The notes under the pieces were generated by a model. That model searched no databases and had not been told where the DNA came from. It saw nothing but the letters and a program-made list of their open reading frames with translations. Positions 56,315 through 64,000 of a stretch of 64,000 nt of DNA are shown piece by piece (the first letter of the stretch is position 1; each line of letters begins with the position of its first letter). Source of the DNA: Oceanispirochaeta sp. (GTDB lineage Bacteria > Spirochaetota > Spirochaetia > DSM-2461); NCBI GenBank assembly GCA_963663385.2, contig CAXXXD010000004.1, forward strand, positions 192,001 to 256,000. The letters are read 5' to 3'. The position numbers were made by a program, and so were the translations under genes.

Positions 56315-57663
56315 ATTTAATCGGATTGGATATCGGTACTACCACTATAGGCGGCGTCCTGTACTCTCTGAAAGAGAGGAAGACCCTTAAAACTTTGGTG
56401 TGGGACAACCTTTTTACAGACAGCGCCCCGGGGGAATATACTCAGGACCCGCTTGCTGTTCTGGACAGTGTAAAAGCCATTCTGGATGAACTGATAGACG
56501 CCTCTTCCGATACGGTTGGAGGCTGTTCTCTCAGCGCTCAGATGCACGGGATCCTCTATGTAGACGGAACGGGCCAGCCGGTGTCTCCCTTCTATACCTG
56601 GCAGAACCAGAGAGGCCGGAGACTCCACGAGGGGCAGTCCCTTGAATCGTTTCTATCGTATAAACTGGGCTATCCTGTTCATACCGGCTACGGGATTGTA
56701 ACCCACTATTCATTGATGCTGGATAACAGCATCCCCGCTTCAGCCGTTAAATTCTGCAATATCGGCGATTTTGTCTGTATGCGTCTGGCCGGGAAAACGG
56801 AACCAGTAACGGATATTACCCTTGGCGCCAGTCTGGGGATTGCGGATATCAGCACCGGCAGGCTGTCAGAAAGTCTCAGAAACCTGGATTTCGCGGAAGA
56901 TGACAGGATTCCCCGGATTGTTTCGTCAACGGAAAAGCTGGGAGAATACCGGGGGGTTCCCGTTATTCAGCCTCTGGGGGATAATCAGGCCAGCTTTCTG
57001 GGATCCGTAAAGGATAAGGAGAACAGCCTGCTCCTCAACTACGGTACAGCCGGACAGATCTCATTTTTCAGGAATACTTTTGCCTCCTACGCCGGATTCG
57101 AGACCAGACCCCTTGGGAATGAAGGATACCTTTATGCGGCTTTTTCTCTCTGCGGGGGGAAATCCTATATGGTTCTGGCTGATTTCTTTAAAGCCGCGGT
57201 CAGGCTTTTTTCTCCTTCTGAAGAGGGTAACGTTCTTGAGGTTATGGACAGTCTGGAACTGGACTTTTCTGAGGATGCGATTGAGTGTCTGCCTCTTTTT
57301 CTGGGAGAAAGGGGAGGCCGGGATGAGTTTGCTTCTTTCAGTAATATTACCGACAGGAACTTTTCTCCTGAAAATATGGTTAAGGCCCTGGTTCAGGGGA
57401 TGGTGGATGAACTGCGCCGCTACTACTGCGATCTGCCTGATTCTGTCAGAACGGGGCTTGAGACCCTGGTGGGCGCCGGTAACGGAATCAGAAAAAACCT
57501 GCATCTGCAGAAAGCGGCAGAGCAGCGCTACGGAAAACCTGTCAAGATACTGGATTTGAGTGAAGAAAGCTGTCTGGGGGCCGTGATCAATGCCGGAAAG
57601 GGTGTGGGGATATTTCGCAATTACAGGGAAGGAGCTCTGAATATCGTCAGATATCGTTCGTAA
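56311..57663 (+). CDS. FGGY carbohydrate kinase, sedoheptulokinase-like
   Basis: 'GLDIGTTT', 'QMHGIL', 'TWQ', 'TGYG', 'LGDNQASFLGS', 'NYGTAGQIS', 'SLCGG', 'PLFLGER', 'GAGNGIRKN'. Confidence 0.82.
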   Translation: MNLIGLDIGTTTIGGVLYSLKERKTLKTLVWDNLFTDSAPGEYTQDPLAVLDSVKAILDELIDASSDTVGGCSLSAQMHGILYVDGTGQPVSPFYTWQNQRGRRLHEGQSLESFLSYKLGYPVHTGYGIVTHYSLMLDNSIPASAVKFCNIGDFVCMRLAGKTEPVTDITLGASLGIADISTGRLSESLRNLDFAEDDRIPRIVSSTEKLGEYRGVPVIQPLGDNQASFLGSVKDKENSLLLNYGTAGQISFFRNTFASYAGFETRPLGNEGYLYAAFSLCGGKSYMVLADFFKAAVRLFSPSEEGNVLEVMDSLELDFSEDAIECLPLFLGERGGRDEFASFSNITDRNFSPENMVKALVQGMVDELRRYYCDLPDSVRTGLETLVGAGNGIRKNLHLQKAAEQRYGKPVKILDLSEESCLGAVINAGKGVGIFRNYREGALNIVRYRS

Positions 57664-57728
57664 AAAGACCCGAGTATCCGGGGTGCGTACCCTTACTTTT
57701 TCTGAATTGATTATGCTAGAGTGGGGGC

Positions 57729-58226
57729 ATGTTAGAAACGAATGGATATGAACCCGATATTGCAAAGGGAGAGCCTTTTGTATTCAGCCTTAAATCAGAA
57801 CAGTATAAAGCCCGGTATGTCTGCGTCCCGGGTTGTGTCTGCGATAATCCCGTCTGTTCCTGCCGGGATATCGGCATGGCCATCTATGACTACCCGGAAC
57901 AGGGACAGGATCTGACAGATACACCGGTTTATGCCTTTGTGCTGGACCTTGGAAACAGAAGCCTCCAGGCTGATTACAACTGCAGCCGGGAAAGCCGCGC
58001 CTTTGGCGCATTCTTTCTGGATCATGTGACCCGGGAACACTGGGCGCTTTATGAAAAGGCATTCGTCTATCTGAAAAACAGGGCCATGCAGCAGAAGAAG
58101 ATTCTGAAGGGAACAGCAGAGAATATTGCCGGACAGATCCTTCCTGTGAGTCCCGGAAATACAGGAAGGAATGAACCCTGCCCCTGCGGCAGCGGAAAAA
58201 AGTATAAAAACTGCTGCGGGAAATAA
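57729..58226 (+). CDS. SEC-C motif-containing protein
   Basis: C-terminal 'GRNEPCPCGSGKKYKNCCG'; N-terminal 'CDNPVCSC'. Confidence 0.85.
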   Translation: MLETNGYEPDIAKGEPFVFSLKSEQYKARYVCVPGCVCDNPVCSCRDIGMAIYDYPEQGQDLTDTPVYAFVLDLGNRSLQADYNCSRESRAFGAFFLDHVTREHWALYEKAFVYLKNRAMQQKKILKGTAENIAGQILPVSPGNTGRNEPCPCGSGKKYKNCCGK

Positions 58227-58252
58227 TCCCCGGTTCCGGGCCCGGCCCGGGT

Positions 58253-58681
58253 TTACAGTTCTTTTTTCAGAGCTTCAGTAAGGGTTTTATATTCCTCTTC
58301 ATCCAGGTATACCTTTTCTTCGGGCATCATATCAAAGATTGCACCCCACTTGGCGCCGTCTTCATATTTAGGAACCAGATGAAAATGGATATGAGGTCCT
58401 TTATCGCCAAAGGAGGCGTAGTTCAGTTTGTCCGGATTGAAAACCTTCTGAATCGCTCCCGATGCAAGGGCCAGATCATCCATCAGATCTGTTCTCTCCT
58501 GTCGGGTCAGTTCAAACAGTTCGCCCTTGTGTCCTTTGTTGAAGGCTACGATACAGCGGCCGGGATGGGTCTGTTCCCTGAAAAAGTAAAAGGTTGAAAC
58601 CTTCAGTTCCGCAATTTCAATCATCAGATCCGATACTCTGCTGTCTCTGGTGCAGTACATACAGTTCTTGTCAATATTCAT
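58253..58681 (-). CDS. HIT family protein
   Basis: 'CMYC', 'PDKLNY...GD..PHIHFHLVPKY'. Confidence 0.9.
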   Translation of the reverse strand: MNIDKNCMYCTRDSRVSDLMIEIAELKVSTFYFFREQTHPGRCIVAFNKGHKGELFELTRQERTDLMDDLALASGAIQKVFNPDKLNYASFGDKGPHIHFHLVPKYEDGAKWGAIFDMMPEEKVYLDEEEYKTLTEALKKEL

Positions 58682-58765
58682 ATGGCACTCCTTTAGTTAG
58701 GAAAATCAGATTATCATACAATACATAATAATAGAAGACTTTCTATTTTAAAAAAATGAAATTCT

Positions 58766-58801
58766 AAAAAACCCCGGCAGATAATCCAGCCGGGGTTTTT
58801 T
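58766..58801 (-). terminator. Intrinsic terminator downstream of tRNA-Ser
   Basis: AAAAACCCCGGC...GCCGGGGTTTTT. Confidence 0.8.
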
Positions 58802-58803
58802 AT

Positions 58804-58890
58804 CGGAGAAGGAGGGATTCGAACCCTCGGTACTGCAGGCAGTACAACTGATTTCGAGTCAGTCCCGTTCGACCGCTCCGGCACCTCTCC
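58804..58890 (-). tRNA. tRNA-Ser (anticodon CGA); CCA not encoded
   Basis: Reverse complement GGAGAGG-TGCCGGAGCGGTCGAACGGG-ACTGA-CTCGAAA-TCAGT, long variable arm, GAGGG-TTCGAAT-CCCTC-CTTCTCC-G. Confidence 0.97.
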
Positions 58891-59056
58891 ATTTTGCCTT
58901 TGAATTCTACAGGGAAAATCCGGTATTGGCAATCCTTATTTCAATCGGGGACCCTGCCGGATTGATTTGATCAATTGGTCAATTCCCTCAGCCGAATTCT
59001 AGACCAACCCTCTTCTCAATGTTAAGATGCACTCTGTTAATACAGAGGAGAAGCAA

Positions 59057-60439
59057 TTGAGTTTAAATACACAGAGAGAACAGCTGGGGAGCCGGCTGGG
59101 ATTCCTTTTAATATCGGCAGGATGCGCCATCGGTTTGGGTAATGTCTGGCGTTTTCCCTATATGACAGGTCAGTACGGGGGCGCTGCCTTTGTACTGATC
59201 TACCTTGTCTTTCTGGTTATTCTGGGTATGCCCGTAATCGTGATGGAATTTGCAATAGGGCGGAAAGGCAGGCAGAATATAGCCGGCTCTTTAAAGGCTC
59301 TGGAACCGGAAGGGAGCAAGTGGCACCTCTACGGGTATTTTGCCATCCTGGGCAATATCATCCTGATGATGTTCTACACAACTGTTGCCGGCTGGATGCT
59401 GGCCTATCTGTTTCATATAATCAAGGGTGATCTCTCGGGGCTGACTCCTGATCAGGTCGGAGCCTTTTTCGGGGGACAGCTGTCCAGTCCCTCAGGCTTA
59501 ATCGGCTGGATGGCTCTTGCTGTTGTTCTGGGATTCGGAACCTGTTCTCTGGGGCTGCAGAAAGGTGTGGAAAGCGTTACAAAAATCATGATGTCATCCC
59601 TTTTTATCATCCTTCTGGTTCTGGTCGTTAAATCTGTTACCCTGCCGGGAGCCGGGAAAGGGGTGGAGTTCTTTCTTAAACCGGATATGAACAAACTGGT
59701 GGAAACCGGAATCTGGGGCACCGTATATGCCGCTATGGGACAGGCTTTCTTTACCCTGAGTCTGGGAATCGGAAGTATGGCTATTTTCGGCAGCTATATA
59801 GGCAAGGAACGCTCCCTGACAGGAGAGTCCCTCAATATTATCGGATTGGATACGCTGGTTGCCATCCTGTCCGGTCTGATTATCTTTCCGGCCTGTTTTG
59901 CCTTCGGGGTGGATGCAGGTGCCGGACCGGGGCTGATCTTTGTCACCCTCCCGAATATTTTCAACAGTATGGCCGGCGGCCGGGTCTGGGGGGCCCTGTT
60001 CTTCCTCTTTCTGAGCTTTGCCGCCATGTCAACGGTTATTGCCGTCTTTGAAAATATCATGGCCTTTACCATGGATCAGTGGGGATGGAGCCGGAAAAAG
60101 GCCGCCATAGTAAACGGAGTGCTGATCTTTCTCCTTTCCGTACCCTGCGCCCTTGGTTTCAACCTCTGGAGCGCTGTACAGCCTCTGGGAGAGGGGTCGG
60201 GTATTATTGATCTGGAAGATTTTATCGTTGGAAACAACCTGCTTCCCCTGGGATCCCTGCTTTTCGCCCTTTTCTGCAGCTATAAAATCGGCTGGGGCTG
60301 GGAGGGCTTTGTAAAAGAAGCCAACGAAGGGGAGGGACTGCGTTTTCCCGTTCAGATCAGGTTCTATGTCCGCTATATCCTTCCTGTGATTATCCTTGTT
60401 GTATTTATCGGCGGTTATATGGAGAAATTCGGGGGGTGA
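59057..60439 (+). CDS. Sodium-dependent transporter, NSS/SNF family
   Basis: TTG 59057 after GAGGAG; 'AIGLGNVWRFPY', 'GGAAF', 'QAFFTLSLG', 'GPGLIFVTLP'. Confidence 0.95.
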   Translation: MSLNTQREQLGSRLGFLLISAGCAIGLGNVWRFPYMTGQYGGAAFVLIYLVFLVILGMPVIVMEFAIGRKGRQNIAGSLKALEPEGSKWHLYGYFAILGNIILMMFYTTVAGWMLAYLFHIIKGDLSGLTPDQVGAFFGGQLSSPSGLIGWMALAVVLGFGTCSLGLQKGVESVTKIMMSSLFIILLVLVVKSVTLPGAGKGVEFFLKPDMNKLVETGIWGTVYAAMGQAFFTLSLGIGSMAIFGSYIGKERSLTGESLNIIGLDTLVAILSGLIIFPACFAFGVDAGAGPGLIFVTLPNIFNSMAGGRVWGALFFLFLSFAAMSTVIAVFENIMAFTMDQWGWSRKKAAIVNGVLIFLLSVPCALGFNLWSAVQPLGEGSGIIDLEDFIVGNNLLPLGSLLFALFCSYKIGWGWEGFVKEANEGEGLRFPVQIRFYVRYILPVIILVVFIGGYMEKFGG

Positions 60440-60483
60440 TTATCTCCCAGCCATACCTTTCCTCATGAGGGTATGGCATTCTA

Positions 60484-60768
60484 TCACAACAGTTTATCCC
60501 GGGTATGCCCGTAATTCCGTCTCTGGAATCCCTGAGACCGTTTGCGGGCATGCTCCCGGATATCTTCAAATTCTATAAACTCATCTTTATACAGGAATCC
60601 GCCATCCCGGGTACAGCTTTCAAATGAGAGGTAAAGCATCTTCTTTTCTATTGGTTTAAGATCCTTGTCGTAGACCTGTTTGATTCTGCCCTTGTCATCC
60701 CGCTCAATCCACATCTGTTCGTGCGGCCGGGAAATCCCGCTTACCCTTTCCAGTTTCTTTTTATTCAT
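60484..60768 (-). CDS. Hypothetical protein (94 aa)
   Basis: ATG-initiated hydrophilic ORF filling the intergenic gap; no recognised motif. Confidence 0.5.
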   Translation of the reverse strand: MNKKKLERVSGISRPHEQMWIERDDKGRIKQVYDKDLKPIEKKMLYLSFESCTRDGGFLYKDEFIEFEDIREHARKRSQGFQRRNYGHTRDKLL

Positions 60769-60804
60769 ATCGAATTCAATATGGCATTAAACCGTGTCCC
60801 GCAT

Positions 60805-60832
60805 CAATCGCTATCCGGCAATCGCTATCCGG
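60805..60832. repeat. Exact 14-bp tandem duplication
   Basis: CAATCGCTATCCGG twice in a divergent intergenic region. Confidence 0.9.
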
Positions 60833-60887
60833 CCCGATTTGCTTTCCTCACTTTTTTGTCTATGCTTATAGTGGAGGGATCTTTTTC

Positions 60888-62429
60888 ATGATATTCACTC
60901 AAAACCCTGTTCGATGGGGGCTCCTTATTATCCTTTCAGGAGTTCTGGATATTTACCTCTCTGCCTATGCCCTGCAGAAAAAAGATGTATGCGGGGCAAG
61001 AGCTTTCTCCTTTTTTATGCTCACCATAGCCCTTTACAGTATCGGGTATGCCCTGGAGATTAATGGCGGGACCATTGAACAGATAATGGATATACTGAAA
61101 TTCGAGGTCTTCTGGGCATCCTTTACGGCTCCGGCATTTCTGCTCTTCATTATCCAGTTTATAAAGCAGCGTGACGGGCAGAAATCCCTCTGGATTCTCC
61201 TCTTTCTTGTCCCTCTTTTTATTGGTGCCTTTGCTCTTACCAATGACCGTCATTCTTATATTTATAAAAGTTATGAACTGGCGGAGGGCGTTTACTTTCC
61301 GGTAATCCACTATGAGGCTGGACCGGTTTATGTATTGCAGCTGCTCTATCTGATCGGTATCTCCCTTCTCGGAGAGGTCCTGCTTATTATCCATATGGTT
61401 CGAAAAGGCGGGACCGTGCGAAAACAGGCCGCCCTGATCTGTCTGGCCGGTATCCTGCCGACTGCGAGCGCCATGATTAATCCGGTACGTTCCGCAGGAG
61501 CCAGTATCGATACCCAGCCATTTGTCCTGTTACTGTCCGGCCTGATCCTGCTGGTGGCCCTTCTCCGTTATCAAATGCTGGATTTTGTTCGCGTGGCCAG
61601 AGAGGTAGCCGTAGATAATATTTATAACTATCTTCTGATCCTGGATCGGAATCTTACGGTCAAGGATCTGAATAAAGCCGGCAGAGAATCAGAGCTTCTT
61701 AAACACCTGACTGTCGGTTCTGAATTGACCACGGAGGATTTCTTTTTCTCCTACCTCGATAATCCGGTTTCGGGTAAAGTCCACCAGCTTGAAGTTCAGG
61801 GGAGGTATTACCAGTTCACTATCTCCCGGGTTTTAAACCGCAAGAGTATGACCGACGGCTATGTTATTCTGATTAGCGAGAATACGGAAAGCGTAGCACT
61901 TATGAAAGAACTGGAGCTTCAGGCAATCTATGACGGCTTAATCGGAATCTTCAACAGAAGACACTTTATGAATCTGGCCAACCGGGAAATTGCTATTGCC
62001 CGGAGAAACGGCAGCAGTATTGCCGTAATCATATTTGATCTGGATCATTTTAAAAAGATCAATGATATCTATGGTCATTGTACGGGAGACCGTGTCCTGG
62101 TCGAGATATCAGAGAATATGAAAAACCTTTTAAGGGTATCCGAGATTTTCGGGAGATACGGGGGAGAGGAGTTTTGTATTATCTGCCCCAACACAGACGG
62201 GACTCAGGCACTGATTATTGCCGAGCGCCTCAGGAGGAGCATCGAAAGTCTTTCTTTTGATGAAACCGGACAGGCCATTTCTGCTACAGCCAGTTTTGGA
62301 GTCTACGCGTCGGCAGTGCTGACGGAAGTCCGGATGGAATGGTTCCTGGAGAAAGCCGATGCAGCCCTTTATGAAGCGAAAAGAAAGGGGCGGAACCGTT
62401 CCGTTCTGGTTAATCAAACAGAAATATGA
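60888..62429 (+). CDS. 7TM (HisKA_7TM-like) sensor diguanylate cyclase
   Basis: Seven hydrophobic segments with 'YSIGYALE' and 'LTNDRHSYIY'; 'DLDHFKKINDIYGH', 'GRYGGEEF'. Confidence 0.9.
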   Translation: MIFTQNPVRWGLLIILSGVLDIYLSAYALQKKDVCGARAFSFFMLTIALYSIGYALEINGGTIEQIMDILKFEVFWASFTAPAFLLFIIQFIKQRDGQKSLWILLFLVPLFIGAFALTNDRHSYIYKSYELAEGVYFPVIHYEAGPVYVLQLLYLIGISLLGEVLLIIHMVRKGGTVRKQAALICLAGILPTASAMINPVRSAGASIDTQPFVLLLSGLILLVALLRYQMLDFVRVAREVAVDNIYNYLLILDRNLTVKDLNKAGRESELLKHLTVGSELTTEDFFFSYLDNPVSGKVHQLEVQGRYYQFTISRVLNRKSMTDGYVILISENTESVALMKELELQAIYDGLIGIFNRRHFMNLANREIAIARRNGSSIAVIIFDLDHFKKINDIYGHCTGDRVLVEISENMKNLLRVSEIFGRYGGEEFCIICPNTDGTQALIIAERLRRSIESLSFDETGQAISATASFGVYASAVLTEVRMEWFLEKADAALYEAKRKGRNRSVLVNQTEI

Positions 62430-62478
62430 ACTATACAAATGTGTACACTTTTCTGCTATAATTCACTCAGAGGTATTC

Positions 62479-63720
62479 ATGAAAAGCGGAACAGCAGATC
62501 TTCCTCTCCACTACGGCAGGGTCCCCCGCTGGCTGGCGGACAGGATGGCCTTACTGGGGCGGGAAATTACCCGTATCATGGTGGAAGAGCGGGGGCCTTC
62601 CGAATTCCTGAGCCGTTTGAGCGATCCTTTCTGGTTTCAGGCTCTGGGCTGTGTTATGGGGATGGACTGGCACTCATCAGGCATTACAACTTCTGTCATG
62701 GGGGCGTTGAAAAAGGGGCTGAATCCCCTCTCCCGCGAACTTGGAATCCATATCTGCGGCGGCCGGGGCCGTTATTCCCGTATGACCCCGGATGAGATAT
62801 ACAATGCCTCCCGGCTGGAGGGACTGGACGGGAAATCCCTGGTAGAAGCTTCCCGGCTCAGCGCCAAAGTGGATAATACCTGCCTGCAGGACGGTTTTCA
62901 GATCTATCTTCACAACTTCATTCTTACCCGGAGCGGTGAGTGGGCTGTGGTGCAGCAGGGGATGAACGATAATGCCGGCATGGCCCGGCGCTATCACTGG
63001 CATTCGCCGGGAGTGAAGTCTTTTGTCAGTGATCCCCATTCGGCCGTCTCGGGGAGAAATCAGGGGCTTCTGGTGAATCTGAGCGACCGGAAGGCCGAGG
63101 GGGCTCATACGGCTATCCTCGACTTCTGTGACAGGTCCCCCGCCGAGCAGACAAGGGAACTCAGACAGCTTTTTCTGCCCTCCCATCATGATGTCAGGAC
63201 GGAAAATGTGGATCCCAAACGTCTGGGTGCTGTACTGGCAACGGCCCGCGGTTTCGGGGCCGGGACGTTTCAGAACCTTCTGCTGATTAAGGGGCTGGGC
63301 CCCCGGACCCTGCAGTCTCTTGCTCTGGTAAGCGAAGTGATTTACGGAGAACCTGTCCGTTTCGAAGACCCCGCCCGGTTCTCCTTTGCCCATGGCGGTA
63401 AAGATGGGCATCCTTTTCCGGTTCCCCTGAAAGTGTATGACGAAACCCTGCAGTATCTCAGCCGGTCAGTCCGGAAATCATCTGTGGAAGCCGAAGCGAA
63501 GAGAGCCGGTCTGAGAAACCTGCACTCTCTACAGAAGCAGATAGAAAATCTGGAGCGGATTGAGGCGGATCCGGAAGCTGTCATAGCAGAAGAGCGCCGG
63601 AACTCCTTTCGATACGGCGGCTGCACTGTCGCCGGTCCGGTCCGGCCTCCCGGACAGAACCGTTCCCGGAAAACCGTAAAAACGCTTCCGGAAAAAGGGC
63701 GGCAGTTAAGTTTATTCTGA
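62479..63720 (+). CDS. DUF763 domain-containing protein
   Basis: ATG 62479 after GAGGT; 'ADLPLHYGRVPRWL', 'LSDPFWFQALGCVMGMDWHSSGITT', 'VVQQGMN', 'ARRYHW', 'FSFAHGGKDGHPFPV'. Confidence 0.92.
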   Translation: MKSGTADLPLHYGRVPRWLADRMALLGREITRIMVEERGPSEFLSRLSDPFWFQALGCVMGMDWHSSGITTSVMGALKKGLNPLSRELGIHICGGRGRYSRMTPDEIYNASRLEGLDGKSLVEASRLSAKVDNTCLQDGFQIYLHNFILTRSGEWAVVQQGMNDNAGMARRYHWHSPGVKSFVSDPHSAVSGRNQGLLVNLSDRKAEGAHTAILDFCDRSPAEQTRELRQLFLPSHHDVRTENVDPKRLGAVLATARGFGAGTFQNLLLIKGLGPRTLQSLALVSEVIYGEPVRFEDPARFSFAHGGKDGHPFPVPLKVYDETLQYLSRSVRKSSVEAEAKRAGLRNLHSLQKQIENLERIEADPEAVIAEERRNSFRYGGCTVAGPVRPPGQNRSRKTVKTLPEKGRQLSLF

Positions 63721-64000
63721 CTGACGGAAAACCACTTCCTCTATGCGGTTCTGATCGACCTTTCCTATGATGTAGGTTCCCTCGGGGAGCTTTAAAGTGG
63801 TTCCTTCTTCAGGGATTTCACCCAGCTTTTCAATAAGATAGCCCCCCATGGTCAGAATCCTTTTATGGTGAATCAGTTTCAGTCCCAGACGGTCCTGTAT
63901 GTGGTAGAAGGAGCAATCCCCCTTGATCAGCCATTCGCCGGGTCCCCGGTGGATAATCTTGTCCGCCTCCTTCTCTTCATTCTCATCGTAGAGTTCCCCG
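63712..64000 (-). CDS. Hemolysin/CorC-HlyC family (CBS-associated) protein, C-terminal part; continues beyond the window
   Basis: Manual translation 'GELYDENE...GEWLIKGD...TMGGYLIEKLGEIPEEG...KVDQNRIEEVVF'; not in the supplied ORF track. Confidence 0.85.
   Translation of the reverse strand, partial: GELYDENEEKEADKIIHRGPGEWLIKGDCSFYHIQDRLGLKLIHHKRILTMGGYLIEKLGEIPEEGTTLKLPEGTYIIGKVDQNRIEEVVFRQSE

Noticed and set aside
58700..58890. Genomic island integrated at tRNA-Ser
   Set aside because: No integrase and no duplicated tRNA 3' end seen in the window; the tRNA is followed by an ordinary terminator.

Overview
Bacterial chromosomal segment, probably from a free-living anaerobic spirochaete (Spirochaetaceae-like). 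This is inferred from signal peptides of the 'FAGGQQE' and 'SAGGSVD' type and from the lipoprotein style; it is not proven. Contents in order: a Usp fragment; a PAS-GAF-GGDEF cyclase; an operon of one outer-membrane/transglutaminase-like/TPR protein followed by three paralogous LVIVD beta-propeller lipoproteins; a divergent GH114/PelA-like lipoprotein; a TetR-TolC-HlyD-ABC efflux operon; two tandem feoAB loci with shared operator boxes; an EamA pseudogene; ArsC; MFS and NhaC transporters; an EAL protein; a D-apiose-type catabolic cluster in which a fucose-isomerase-like enzyme stands where the known isomerase would be; a WYL-GyrI pair; tpx; a DHH phosphoesterase plus mevalonate-kinase-like pair divergent from a DeoR/ugp-like ABC/GDPD cluster; a glycyl-radical enzyme (GRE) operon with a non-canonical radical motif (RIHGT) and a sedoheptulokinase-like kinase; tRNA-Ser(CGA); an NSS transporter; further GGDEF genes; DUF763; and a CorC-domain fragment. 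The best candidates for undescribed biology are the atypical GRE operon (51957-57663), the transglutaminase-TPR/lipoprotein cassette array (1902-7993), the variant apiose pathway (30059-40320) and the DHH/GHMP/ugp module (44450-51927). All family calls come from motif recognition by eye; no searches were run.
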